64,000 nt of DNA from Myxococcota bacterium (lineage in GTDB: Bacteria > Myxococcota_A > UBA9160 > UBA4427), in the NCBI GenBank assembly GCA_041440805.1, contig JASDVF010000016.1, positions 7,138-71,137 of the forward strand, written 5' to 3'. Position 1 is the first letter of the stretch; the number at the start of each line of letters is the position of its first letter. The position numbers and the translations under genes were made by a program. The notes below the pieces were generated by a model. That model ran no database searches and was not told the origin of the DNA. It worked only from the letters and a program-made list of their open reading frames with translations. Below, piece after piece: positions 44,819 to 54,505 of the stretch.

Positions 44819-46519
44819 TTAGGATTCGTCTTTGGTGCGAGACTTCGCGCGGCTGATCGCGGGGGTGGCCGTTGACTCGGAAGTCGTTTCTTTCGACGAC
44901 TCTTCGGGTGAGGCAGTTGCTACAGGCTCGCCGTCTGCGCCGTCTTCTGGATCACTGTCTCGCTGCGCGCGAGCTTTCGCACGCGAAGCGCCGGAACGCC
45001 CACGTCCGGATCGGCGCTTGCGTCGCGGCTGATCATCCGAAGAATTTTCATCTGCATCGCTCGACTTGGACTCGGTGCTTGCATCATGCTTTGCGACAAC
45101 AGCGACGATCTCTTCCGCGAATTCTCGGACGAGCCAAGCCTTTAGCTCCGGCAGTCCTTCGAGATCCTTAGGCTCTTCAGGGGCAGCCCATGCGATCGCT
45201 TCGAGGGCGGCATTCGGGCATAACACTCCAGGGTCGAGCTTGAGCGCTTCTGCGCGCGGGCCACGCCAATCCTTGAGCGCGCCGAGTCGTTTCTCGGTGC
45301 GCCGATCCATCCGTCGCCGGGCAGTCGTTTCGATCTTCGGAATCGGGCCGTGCGGTTTGCGCAGGCCCTTCTTAACGGCCGCGACGAGATCTTTGCCCAT
45401 TCGCTTCAGGATCAAATCTGAGATTCCCTTGATCTCACCCAGGCTGTCGAGGTCCGCCGTTTGTTCGTGGCAGATATCGAGCAGCGTGCGATTGCCGAGC
45501 ACTTTGAAGGGAGGGCGATCGATCTCACGTGCGCGCTCGTCACGTAGCAAGAAGAGTTCGCGCAGGATTGCGAGCTCTACGGGATCCAGGGATCGGGCTC
45601 CCTTAATGCGTAGATAGCCGAGTTTGTCGAATTCGCGATCCGGCCATCGTCGGCCACATAACGTTTCGAATTCGTCGTGCGCCCAGTCGAGTCGCTTCGC
45701 CTTGCGGAGATCCTTCTCGAGTCTTTCGGCCAGCTTGATGAGGTAGAGCACGTCCGAAGCGGCATAGCTGAGCTGCTTCGGTGTTAGGGGGCGGCGCGAC
45801 CAATCTGAGCGCTGTTCGTCCTTCGGGAGTGATACGTCGAAATGCCTCTCGACGAGGGCTGCTAGGCCGATCGCTGGGTATCCAAGGAGCTGCGCAGAGA
45901 CCATCGTGTCGAAGAGATTCACGAACTCAAAGCCGCAGTCGCGCTTCAAGACATAGATGTCGTATTCCGCGGCGTGGAAGAGCACTCGGACGTTCGGGTC
46001 GGAGAAGACCGGAGCAAGAATGGAGAGTTTGTCGGGGCCGCCGATCTCAAGAGGGTCGATCAACCAGCACTTCTTGCGCGTTGCGACCTGCAGCAGGCAG
46101 ACCTTGTCGAAGTAGTGATAGAAGCTGTCGGCTTCGGTATCGAAGGCGACGATGTCCTCTTTGAGCAGCAGCTCCGTGAGGGCTTCGAGATCCTCGACCG
46201 TCGAAATGATGTCGGCGTCGGTGGGCAAGGCTTTGCCGTGACCAATGATCTTTGTGGGAGCGGCGACCGCTTTGCTCGAAGGGACCTTTTTCGTCGCAGA
46301 CTTGCTCTCAGATTTATCAGCAGACGCGGTCTTGGTGCTCCGCGATTGCGATCCATCCGTGCCGTTCGCCGACTTGGTCGTGGCGCGGTCTTTCTCCGAA
46401 GAACCTTCGGAGGATTTGCGTTTACTTGATTGGTCGACCAATGCACTCTCGCTGGACGGGCGGGACGAAGTCCAGCACCCCCGCACGGCGCGCGACCCAA
46501 ATCGGTCGCGCTCCGCCAT
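44819..46519 (-). CDS. rnd: Ribonuclease D (DEDD 3'-5' exonuclease plus HRDC) with long low-complexity N- and C-terminal tails. Start uncertain; the ORF is open to 46666.
   Basis: Exo motifs FDTEADSFYHYFDKVCLLQV and YAASDVLYL. HRDC-like region LKDWRGPRAEALKLDPGVLCPNAAL. Confidence 0.8.
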   Translation of the reverse strand: MAERDRFGSRAVRGCWTSSRPSSESALVDQSSKRKSSEGSSEKDRATTKSANGTDGSQSRSTKTASADKSESKSATKKVPSSKAVAAPTKIIGHGKALPTDADIISTVEDLEALTELLLKEDIVAFDTEADSFYHYFDKVCLLQVATRKKCWLIDPLEIGGPDKLSILAPVFSDPNVRVLFHAAEYDIYVLKRDCGFEFVNLFDTMVSAQLLGYPAIGLAALVERHFDVSLPKDEQRSDWSRRPLTPKQLSYAASDVLYLIKLAERLEKDLRKAKRLDWAHDEFETLCGRRWPDREFDKLGYLRIKGARSLDPVELAILRELFLLRDERAREIDRPPFKVLGNRTLLDICHEQTADLDSLGEIKGISDLILKRMGKDLVAAVKKGLRKPHGPIPKIETTARRRMDRRTEKRLGALKDWRGPRAEALKLDPGVLCPNAALEAIAWAAPEEPKDLEGLPELKAWLVREFAEEIVAVVAKHDASTESKSSDADENSSDDQPRRKRRSGRGRSGASRAKARAQRDSDPEDGADGEPVATASPEESSKETTSESTATPAISRAKSRTKDES

Positions 46520-46808
46520 ATGGATCTTTGCGTGCCGACCGAACCCATCTACTCGTTCGTACCCTGGTTTTGATCCAGCCAGGGCCACGGACGAGTTCCG
46601 GCGAGTCAGCCGGTACGTCTTCACCGGCAGGGGGAATGGGCCGCATAGGATGCGGCGCGAGGGCAAGCTAGCCGACGAGCCCCTTCACCGAAACCGGGAA
46701 TTTACGCCTGGGTTCGCGTAGATGGCGCAATGGGGCCTTCGGCTCTGCGAGAGGGACGACAGCGCATCGGTGTAGCGCCAGGCGCTGGCCTCGCGTATCG
46801 ACTGGCCC

Positions 46809-48032
46809 ATGCTTGCCTTGGTGACCGCCTTTACACATGCCTCAACCGCCACTTCGGCAGCGGCCGAGCTGATTTCCATAATCGATGATCGCCTCGATGC
46901 GGCGGATTCCGTTGTTGGCGGAATCCTCTGGGCCACCGCAGCAGCCGGCATCCAGGGCCCTGAAATAGGGCAGTTGCTGACGGATCGGTGGCCTGGGGCA
47001 ATGCTCGTTGGGTCGAGCTTCGAGGGTGTGCTCGGGGAGGGCCGGTCTTGGCGAGATCGGCCGGCTTTCGAATTGTTGGTTTGGACCGCCGGCCCGGGTG
47101 AGCCGGTGCCACTGATTCTCGAGCCCTTTTCGTGCGAGATTTCGTCGGATGAGCTGGATCATCTCGAGAGCGTTCTTCGGGGGGCAGCACCCGGCGGCGC
47201 GCCTAAAGCCGAAGACCTGGTCTTGCTCTTCCCTGATGCGCACTCACCTGGCGAGCTCGAATCAACTTTCGCGGAGCTCACGGACCGACTTGGCGGAGTG
47301 CGTTTTGCCGGCACCGCAGCAAGCGGCCCCGTATCCAGCCCCTGCCTGTCCTGGGTCGCCGGCGAGTCAGAGCCGGGATCCTCGGTCGGTCTCTATCTGC
47401 CGGGCGGCGCAGCGAGCGGTGCTACGGGTGAGCGCCTCGTGCGCGCTCAAGGGAGTCGCTTCGCGAGTCCATGGTTGGAGATCAGTCAGGCTCGGGATCG
47501 ATGGATCGATTCGCTCGAGGGCGAATCACCTCTCGATTGGATACGGCGACAGCTGGGCCTAGGGGCGAAGGAACGAGTCGAGCCCTATTTGGACCGACTG
47601 TTGGTGAGAGTGCGCGACAGGGTTGAGGGTGCCGAGGCGTCTGACCTTCCCCTAGATGAGGATTTGAAGGATTTCGTGGAGCGCTACATCGTTGGCGTTG
47701 ATCCGAATCGGGGGTCGATCTCTCTCCCGGGGGATTTCCAACAGGGCGGCCAGCTCGCATTTGCTTTGCCCGATGCCGCTCTCGCTCAAGCGTCGCTGCG
47801 GAGAGCGGTGGGGGAACTGCCCCCGAGCCAATTGGTGCTGCAGTTCGGCTGTCGCGCGCGGGACGAAGCGCTGCATGGCGACGACGATGTTGAAATCGCG
47901 CTCGTCGATTTTGGGTCGGGTACTGCGGATGCGATTGGGACGGTTGCTCCCTTTCAGCTCGCTCCAGGCCTTGATGGCCGCTGTCGAATATTTGTTCATA
48001 GCACGCTGCTCGTAGCCATTGGCCCCCTCTGA
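46809..48032 (+). CDS. FIST-domain (FIST_N/FIST_C) putative sensory protein
   Basis: The length and pattern (GAMLVGSSFEGVLG..., LVLQFGCRARDEALHG...) resemble FIST N and C domains. No TM segment. Confidence 0.5.
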   Translation: MLALVTAFTHASTATSAAAELISIIDDRLDAADSVVGGILWATAAAGIQGPEIGQLLTDRWPGAMLVGSSFEGVLGEGRSWRDRPAFELLVWTAGPGEPVPLILEPFSCEISSDELDHLESVLRGAAPGGAPKAEDLVLLFPDAHSPGELESTFAELTDRLGGVRFAGTAASGPVSSPCLSWVAGESEPGSSVGLYLPGGAASGATGERLVRAQGSRFASPWLEISQARDRWIDSLEGESPLDWIRRQLGLGAKERVEPYLDRLLVRVRDRVEGAEASDLPLDEDLKDFVERYIVGVDPNRGSISLPGDFQQGGQLAFALPDAALAQASLRRAVGELPPSQLVLQFGCRARDEALHGDDDVEIALVDFGSGTADAIGTVAPFQLAPGLDGRCRIFVHSTLLVAIGPL

Positions 48033-48076
48033 TTCTCCCGGATGGCGTTTTGGGCCTTAGGATGCCCAGATGTCCA

Positions 48077-48095
48077 TGTTCCACTATTAGGAACA
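48077..48095. promoter_or_regulatory. Perfect palindrome TGTTCC-N7-GGAACA (candidate IclR-type operator), with extra GGAAC/GTTCC half-sites at 48110-48114 and 48166-48175
   Basis: Read directly from the sequence. It lies in the AT-richer 200-nt gap upstream of the IclR-family gene. Confidence 0.4.
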
Positions 48096-48233
48096 CTAGA
48101 CTAATATTTGGAACTATCGGGTTTTAGATGCTACCCAGTTCGGGCTCTTGGGATTCATAGAACGAGAACGTGTTCCCGTTTACGAATTTTCCGAGGGATC
48201 AGGGTCGAGACCCTGGCGAGAGGGGGGATTGCA

Positions 48234-48977
48234 ATGGCCGGCGCTGCGACAGTCGAAAAAGCACTCGACGTTCTTTTCCATCTGCATGACGCTGGCGAGG
48301 CGGTTGGGTTGTCTGATATCGGGCGCGCCCTCAACCTCCCCAAATCGAGCTGCCATCGACTGCTTTCCTCGCTGGTGGATCGCGAGATGGTCGACCGGGA
48401 TGAATGGGGTCGCTACCGACCGGGCCTCGCGCTGCTCTCTCTGGGCATCGGTGCCCAGAGAAGAGAGCCCGTCGTGTCCGCCGCCCGTCCGATCCTTGAG
48501 CGTGAGGCCGAGGGCCTCGGCGAAACCGTGTTCTTGGTCGGCCTGCGTCACGGTCGTTTGCGCGTCCTCGACAAAGTTGAAGGGAGTGGCTTTCTGCGCG
48601 CCGCCCCAGGAATCGGCGACGTCGTTCCCGCGGATATCACCGCCGCCGGGAAGCTCTACTCAGTCTTCGGTGAAGGCGGTGACGAGTTGTCTCCCGCGGA
48701 GACTCGGGAAATTACAAACCGCGGCGCCGCCGTGAATCGCGATGCATGGATCAATGGGCTTTCCGTGTTGGCGGTCCCAGTCTGGCAAGAGAGTGGCCAG
48801 GGGCCGCGGGATCTCGTGGCGGTGCTTGCCGCCGCCGCGGCATCGCCTCGCTTCGAGCGCCTAGGTGAACAAGAAATTGAAACCCGACTGCTCGCCGGTG
48901 CGGCAAGCATCGGCGAACGAATGAGTGCGGGCGGCGTGTCGCGTCGACACGACCGGATCGGAAGGAAATCACGATGA
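48234..48977 (+). CDS. IclR-family transcriptional regulator
   Basis: N-terminal wHTH (VEKALDVLFHLHDAGEAVGLSDIGRALNLPKSSCHRLLSSL) plus a C-terminal IclR effector domain. Start at the ATG at 48234. Confidence 0.8.
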   Translation: MAGAATVEKALDVLFHLHDAGEAVGLSDIGRALNLPKSSCHRLLSSLVDREMVDRDEWGRYRPGLALLSLGIGAQRREPVVSAARPILEREAEGLGETVFLVGLRHGRLRVLDKVEGSGFLRAAPGIGDVVPADITAAGKLYSVFGEGGDELSPAETREITNRGAAVNRDAWINGLSVLAVPVWQESGQGPRDLVAVLAAAAASPRFERLGEQEIETRLLAGAASIGERMSAGGVSRRHDRIGRKSR

Positions 48978-49858
48978 CGATGAGCAATGACCCGATCGCC
49001 TGGGTTGAGGGCAAAATTATTCCGGCCGCGGAGGCCCGGGTTCCGGTTCTCGATCATGGCTTCCTTTTTGGCGACGGGGTCTTCGAAGGGATTCGCGTGA
49101 CGGATCGAGGCATCTTCCGTCTCGACGACCACATCAAGCGACTCTCGACTGCGGGGCGCGCCATCGGCATCCAGCCCGAAGGTGGCTTTGCGCGAGCGCG
49201 AGAAATCGCATGCGAGACGACTCGGGCGTGGGGACCACGGGACGGCTATTTGCGTTTGATCGTGACTCGGGGCGTGGGGCCGCTTGGGATCGATCCCACA
49301 ACGTGCCTGAATCCAGCCATTATCTGCATCGCAGCTGGCCCGGCTGAGCCGGATCCTGAAAAGACAGCGAGGGGTCTGGATCTCATCACGTCGAGCCTCA
49401 GGCGCCCGGCTGGCGATGTGCTCGATCCGCGCGTGAAGAGCATGAACTATCTGAATAATGTGCTCGCGAAGCGGGAAGCGAGAACCCGCGGAGCCGATGA
49501 CGCGTTGGTTTTGAACGGTCTTGGACTCGTAGCCGAGGCCTCGGCGACGAATGTGTTCGCGCTAACGGGCAATCGACTCGACACGCCGCAAGTGACAGAT
49601 GGCGCGCTGGAAGGTTTGACGCGCCGAACCGTGATGGAGCTGGCGGTCGAAAGGGGCCTCGAAGTGCGCGAGCGAAGCCTCGGCCGCTTCGACCTGTATG
49701 CCGCCGATGCAGTGTTTTTGACTGGTTCGAGGGCGGGGCTCATCACCGTCGGATCTCTCGACGGATCGCCGATTTCACAAGACGGTCGAGCTCAGGTCGA
49801 TGCGATTGGGGAAGCCTTTGTGGCGCGGGCCCGCGAACTTTCGGTTTCGGTTGACTGA
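48974..49858 (+). CDS. ilvE: Class IV PLP aminotransferase (branched-chain amino acid aminotransferase-like)
   Basis: VLDHGFLFGDGVFEGIRV, HIKRL, and KSMNYLNNVLAKREA (catalytic Lys). ATGA overlap with the IclR gene. Confidence 0.7.
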   Translation: MTMSNDPIAWVEGKIIPAAEARVPVLDHGFLFGDGVFEGIRVTDRGIFRLDDHIKRLSTAGRAIGIQPEGGFARAREIACETTRAWGPRDGYLRLIVTRGVGPLGIDPTTCLNPAIICIAAGPAEPDPEKTARGLDLITSSLRRPAGDVLDPRVKSMNYLNNVLAKREARTRGADDALVLNGLGLVAEASATNVFALTGNRLDTPQVTDGALEGLTRRTVMELAVERGLEVRERSLGRFDLYAADAVFLTGSRAGLITVGSLDGSPISQDGRAQVDAIGEAFVARARELSVSVD

Positions 49859-50040
49859 CCGGCGCAGGCGCCAACCGCGCTCTGATGTATAGAGGCGCTA
49901 TGTTTCCGCGCTCGTGAGGCTGCGCAGGTCTTTGGCCTACCGGTTCACGTCCCCTGCGCCCCCCGCCCGAACACTTTCGGATTAACCGCCGAGAGTTCGC
50001 CCACCGAGTCTGGTCCCAGAGGCCGGAAGAGGAGAAGCCT

Positions 50041-51753
50041 GTGCGCTGGTCGAGCGCTTTCATCCCCACTCTTAGAGACGATCCCGCCGACGCTGAGGCG
50101 ATTTCCCACAAATTGCTGATTCGTGCCGGCTTCATGCGACAGCTCATGGCCGGTCACTATTCGATGACTCCGCTTGGTTTCCGATCCCTTCGCAAAGTCG
50201 AAGCGATCGTGCGCGAAGAGATGGAGAAAATAGGCGGGCAGGAATTTCGGCTGCCTAGCATGCATCCGAAAGAGATCTGGGAGAAGTCAGGTCGCTGGGA
50301 TTCTGTGGGGGAAGAGATGTTCCGCTTGCAGGATCGCAAGGGCGCAGATCTCGCTCTTGGAATGACGCATGAAGAGATTTTTGCGTTTCATGGGGCGGAG
50401 CTGCGTTCGTATAAGGCGCTGCCGCAGATCTGGTATCAGTTTCAGGCGAAGTTCCGCGACGAAGCACGGCCGAAGAGCGGCTTGCTGCGCGTCCGCGAAT
50501 TCACCATGAAGGATTCCTATTCCTTCGATCTGGATCAGACTGGGCTCGATCACGCCTTCGATCAACACTTCGAAGCGTATCGCCGGATGTTCAAGCGATT
50601 CGGGTTCGAGATCGTTGCGGTCGAAGCGTCCTCGGGCGTGATGGGCGGCAATACTTCGATTGAATTCATGTTGCGAAGCGACGCGGGGGAAGACTGGGTC
50701 GCGGCCTGTGGTCAGTGTGGTTATGCCGCGAATGTCGAGAAGGCGGAGAGCGTACTGCCCTCGGTCGAGGATGGCGCCGGGCTTACCGAGCCGGAAAAAT
50801 TTCCCACCCCCGGTGTGAAGACGATCGACGATCTTGCCAAGATGGACGGTGGCGCCTCGGCGGATCGTCAGGTCAAAACCCTCGTATACAAGATTGATGA
50901 CAAAGACGTTCTGATCCTGCTTCGTGGCGATCATCAGCTTTCGGAGCAGAAATTGATCGACCAGGTGCAATCGGAAGCAATGCGCCCGGCGGAGATTGGT
51001 GAAGTAAAGAAGCTGTTAGGCGCTTTGCCCGGTAGCCTCGGTGCCGTCGGTCGCGGAGAGCTCTTCGTGATCGCGGATGAAGCGCTTCGGGGTCGCAAAG
51101 ACATGGTGACGGGTGCGAACGAAGATGGCTTCCATCTTCGTGGCGTCGATGTTGACCGCGACATCAATGTGAAGGGATGGCTCGACCTGCGAGAAGTGAA
51201 GGACGGCGAAGGTTGTCCCCAGTGCCAGAAGCCGCTCTCGGTCTACAAGACAATCGAGGTGGCGCACATCTTCAAGCTCGGGACGAAGTACAGCGAAGCG
51301 ATGGGAGCGAAGGTCCAAAACGAAAGTGGCGAATCCGTCCATCTTGTGATGGGTTCCTACGGAATCGGCCTCGAACGCAATCTCGCGGCAGTAGTCGAGG
51401 CGAACCACGACGAGAACGGCATTTGCTGGCCGATGAATATCGCGCCCTATGAAGTCTGCGTGACGGTTGTTAAACCGAAGGACGTGGCTTGCCATGAAGC
51501 GGGTGAGCGCCTCTATCAGGATCTTTCTCAGGCGGGGCTCGATGTTATTCTCGACGATCGCGACGAACGGCCTGGCGTGAAATTTAAGGATGCGGAGCTG
51601 ATAGGTTTCCCGTATCGCGTGACGATTGGGCCGAAGGGGCTCGAGCAGGGCGTTTTCGAATTGGTGCGCCGCAGCGATGGTGAGAAGACTGAACTTAAAA
51701 TTGAGCATGCCGTGGAGACGATCGTCGAAACGGTCCTCGACGAACGGTCTTAG
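50041..51753 (+). CDS. proS: Proline--tRNA ligase (bacterial type with INS editing domain)
   Basis: Class II motifs (FRDEARPKSGLLRVREFTMKDSYSF, GSYGIGLER), an inserted editing domain and a C-terminal anticodon-binding domain. GTG start with a GGAGAAG Shine-Dalgarno sequence. Confidence 0.92.
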   Translation: MRWSSAFIPTLRDDPADAEAISHKLLIRAGFMRQLMAGHYSMTPLGFRSLRKVEAIVREEMEKIGGQEFRLPSMHPKEIWEKSGRWDSVGEEMFRLQDRKGADLALGMTHEEIFAFHGAELRSYKALPQIWYQFQAKFRDEARPKSGLLRVREFTMKDSYSFDLDQTGLDHAFDQHFEAYRRMFKRFGFEIVAVEASSGVMGGNTSIEFMLRSDAGEDWVAACGQCGYAANVEKAESVLPSVEDGAGLTEPEKFPTPGVKTIDDLAKMDGGASADRQVKTLVYKIDDKDVLILLRGDHQLSEQKLIDQVQSEAMRPAEIGEVKKLLGALPGSLGAVGRGELFVIADEALRGRKDMVTGANEDGFHLRGVDVDRDINVKGWLDLREVKDGEGCPQCQKPLSVYKTIEVAHIFKLGTKYSEAMGAKVQNESGESVHLVMGSYGIGLERNLAAVVEANHDENGICWPMNIAPYEVCVTVVKPKDVACHEAGERLYQDLSQAGLDVILDDRDERPGVKFKDAELIGFPYRVTIGPKGLEQGVFELVRRSDGEKTELKIEHAVETIVETVLDERS

Positions 51754-51782
51754 GCGCTCGTCTGGATTTGGAGAGCGAGGGC

Positions 51783-52700
51783 ATGGCGGAGAACATGGCG
51801 ACGGCGAGTAAAGAGGGGCCCCTGGTCCATCTATTCGATGGCCACGTTTATATCTTTCGTGCTTACTTCTCGATGCCGTCCATGTCCGCGACCGACGGCA
51901 CGCCGTGCAATGCCGCGTACGGCTTCGCTAATACGCTGATCCGTTATGCGACGGAAGAAGACCCTACGCACGCCGGCGTTTGTTTTGACGCCGCCATGAC
52001 GAGTTTCCGGAACGAGTTGGAACCCGAGTACAAGGCCCAGCGCGGCGAGACGCCGGAAGAACTCGAACCGCAATTTGATCTCTGTCATGAAATTGCGATT
52101 GCTCTCGGCTTTGCCGTCTATGAAGTCGACGACTATGAAGCCGATGATCTGCTCGGGACGGTCGCTGCTGAAGTGGTTAAGCGACAAGGCTGCGCGCGAG
52201 TGATCACGACGGACAAGGATCTCTGCCAGCTCGTTCGAGAGGATGGTCGAGTTCATGTTTACGATCTCGCGAAAGAGAAGACCTTTGATGCGGACGCGGT
52301 CCGCGAAAAATTCGGAGTATCCCCGCATCAGATTCCTGATTATCTAGGCCTCGTTGGAGACACGGTTGACAACCTCCCTGGTGTGCCTGGGATCGGTGCG
52401 AAATCCGCGGCAGCGGTGTTGCAAGCGTTCCCGACGATCGAAGAGGTTCCCGATGACATAGCGGAATGGGAAGGCGTGACGGTCCGCGGCGCCAAACGAA
52501 TGGCGGAGAAGATCGCGGAACATAGAGCGCGGGCTCTTAAGACGAAGAGTCTTGCGACGGTTTTGCGAAAGGTCCCTGGCGTGACGCCTAGCCTCTCGGA
52601 TTTGGCGTATAACGGTGCCGACCGCGAGCGGACAGAAGAACTCTTCGAGCGACTTGGTTGGAACCGGATCTACGATCGAATTCCAAAATGGCAGTCGTAG
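51783..52700 (+). CDS. 5'-3' exonuclease / flap endonuclease (Pol I N-terminal domain homologue)
   Basis: HLFDGHVYIFRAYF, DDYEADDLLGT, TTDKDLCQLV and H3TH LGLVGDTVDNLPGVPGIGAKSA motifs. Confidence 0.85.
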   Translation: MAENMATASKEGPLVHLFDGHVYIFRAYFSMPSMSATDGTPCNAAYGFANTLIRYATEEDPTHAGVCFDAAMTSFRNELEPEYKAQRGETPEELEPQFDLCHEIAIALGFAVYEVDDYEADDLLGTVAAEVVKRQGCARVITTDKDLCQLVREDGRVHVYDLAKEKTFDADAVREKFGVSPHQIPDYLGLVGDTVDNLPGVPGIGAKSAAAVLQAFPTIEEVPDDIAEWEGVTVRGAKRMAEKIAEHRARALKTKSLATVLRKVPGVTPSLSDLAYNGADRERTEELFERLGWNRIYDRIPKWQS

Positions 52701-53245
52701 CTTCGTCGATCTGGACCTGGTCGAATGCGCTCACCGTATCACGGTTGATCGCGGCGCCGGTTTTCTTCTGCGCATTATTTGGCAATGCCCATGTCTTGGC
52801 GGGGCTGCTCTTCTGGGGTGCCGTCGCGACGGATGTTGCCGACGGTCGTGTCGCTCGGGCCCGGGGCGAGAGCTCTGCCTTCGGTGGGCTGCTTGACCAC
52901 GCGACGGACGCGAGCTTCGTAACGCTCGGGCTTGCGGCGTTGTCCATGCAAGGAGCCGTTCCGGTAGCGCTTCCCGTGCTCGTGTTATTTGCTTTCCTGC
53001 AGTACATGCTCGACTCGAAGAGCCTCGCGGGTCGCACGCTCCGCGCGAGCTTTCTGGGTCGGTGGAACGGAATTCTCTACTTCGTTCCGTTAGGCGTGGT
53101 CGCGACGCGTGATGCGATCGGGGTGGCTTTTCCAGCAGACCAGTGGGTCCTTTGGTTGGGGCAGGCGCTCGTTCTTTCGACCCTCGTGTCGATGGCGGAT
53201 CGCGCTTGGACGCTCTTTTCGGCGACTGAACCTTCGGGGAACTAA
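52688..53245 (+). CDS. CDP-alcohol phosphatidyltransferase family protein (PgsA-like)
   Basis: D-x2-DG-x2-AR-x8-G-x3-D-x3-D motif: ATDVADGRVARARGESSAFGGLLDHATDASF. Overlaps the exonuclease gene by 13 nt. Confidence 0.8.
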   Translation: MAVVASSIWTWSNALTVSRLIAAPVFFCALFGNAHVLAGLLFWGAVATDVADGRVARARGESSAFGGLLDHATDASFVTLGLAALSMQGAVPVALPVLVLFAFLQYMLDSKSLAGRTLRASFLGRWNGILYFVPLGVVATRDAIGVAFPADQWVLWLGQALVLSTLVSMADRAWTLFSATEPSGN

Positions 53246-53445
53246 TTCTTCGGCTGATCGGCGCTTTGCAGGTCTGCCCGCACATTCGCTTCGCGGGTCA
53301 GGAGTGTTCGCCTAGCGCCTTGTCTCGGCCTGGCGACCGCGTCTGATATTTTGCAGCCGCTGCCAGCGCTGCTTAATGAGACGCTGCCAGCCGCAAGTTC
53401 AGCATCCAGTGGAATCTCTCGGGAGCGCCCCCGAACTTTAGTGGC

Positions 53446-54465
53446 TTAGGCAGCCTGCCCTGCCTCTTCGCCTCCGAAGAGTTCGCGGTTCGCACGGCGT
53501 AGGAAGAGCATTCCGATTGCGGCGTTGAAGAAGATGAAGAAGTTGTGCTGCACGAACCCGAAGGCTGCCATCTCGCCTTCGTTGCCCGGGAAGAGAAGCA
53601 CCCAGAGCGTGATCGCTACGGTTCGCATGGGGCCGGGCGTAGCCGCCCCAAAGAATATGATGGGCAAGTAACCGAGCATCTGCGCCATCGACGCTTCGAC
53701 GCCAAAGAGATGCAGAGCCTGCGTGTAGACGACGACCGCGCCGAGCAGCGCCGGCGATCGCAGCAGGATCACGATCAGGTACCTCGACGGCCCCGCCTCG
53801 CGGAAGCTCTTGAAGAGGGGCTTCTCTCGGAAGGCTGCGTTTTTGCCAAGCGGCCCGCGGAAGAATGCGATCCAAAGTGCGAAGAAGATGGCTGCACCGA
53901 TCGCGATCGCCGGAATGAACGAAAACACGTCGGGCAAGCTATCACCCACCAGCATGTAGCCGACGGTCGCCCAGCTTGTTAGGTAGAAAAACTCGCAGAA
54001 CATGATGAAGATCATGCTCGAGCCGACTTCCCATCCGGGCACGCCATAGCGACGGTTCAAATACAGCCCCATCGCTCCCTTCCCAACCTGTTCGTTCAGA
54101 ATCGAAAGGATGTAAGAGCTGCCGCGGATCGGAAGGATGCCGGTGTAGCTGATAGGTACGTTGAACCACGAAATCACGCGCCAGACGACGAGCGAATCGA
54201 TCAGGAAGAAGAAGATCGAGTAGGGGATCATCAACGCGAGCCAAGACGTCCAGGAAACGCGTCCGAAGATGTCGCTGAAATAGTCGACGAGAGTGAGCCC
54301 GTCTCGCGCGGCCGCACCGGAAATTTTCGTGTAGAGATAGGCGAAGCAGGCGAGCGTGATGGCCCAAGGCAGAAGCTGCTGCCATAGAGCGGGCTTGCCG
54401 GACGCGGGGGCTGCGTTTGAATCGCTTGCGGGCGTTTCGGGTACTGGGGGCGCGGCGTCGCTCAT
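53446..54465 (-). CDS. Flippase-like / lysylphosphatidylglycerol-synthase TM-domain (UPF0104) family membrane protein
   Basis: About 8 TM segments. The overall pattern resembles the TIGR00374 family. AAGGAAA Shine-Dalgarno sequence. Confidence 0.5.
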   Translation of the reverse strand: MSDAAPPVPETPASDSNAAPASGKPALWQQLLPWAITLACFAYLYTKISGAAARDGLTLVDYFSDIFGRVSWTSWLALMIPYSIFFFLIDSLVVWRVISWFNVPISYTGILPIRGSSYILSILNEQVGKGAMGLYLNRRYGVPGWEVGSSMIFIMFCEFFYLTSWATVGYMLVGDSLPDVFSFIPAIAIGAAIFFALWIAFFRGPLGKNAAFREKPLFKSFREAGPSRYLIVILLRSPALLGAVVVYTQALHLFGVEASMAQMLGYLPIIFFGAATPGPMRTVAITLWVLLFPGNEGEMAAFGFVQHNFFIFFNAAIGMLFLRRANRELFGGEEAGQAA

Positions 54466-54505
54466 GAGTCCGTTTCCTTAGTTGGGTCTGGAGTTGGGTC
54501 TGGAG

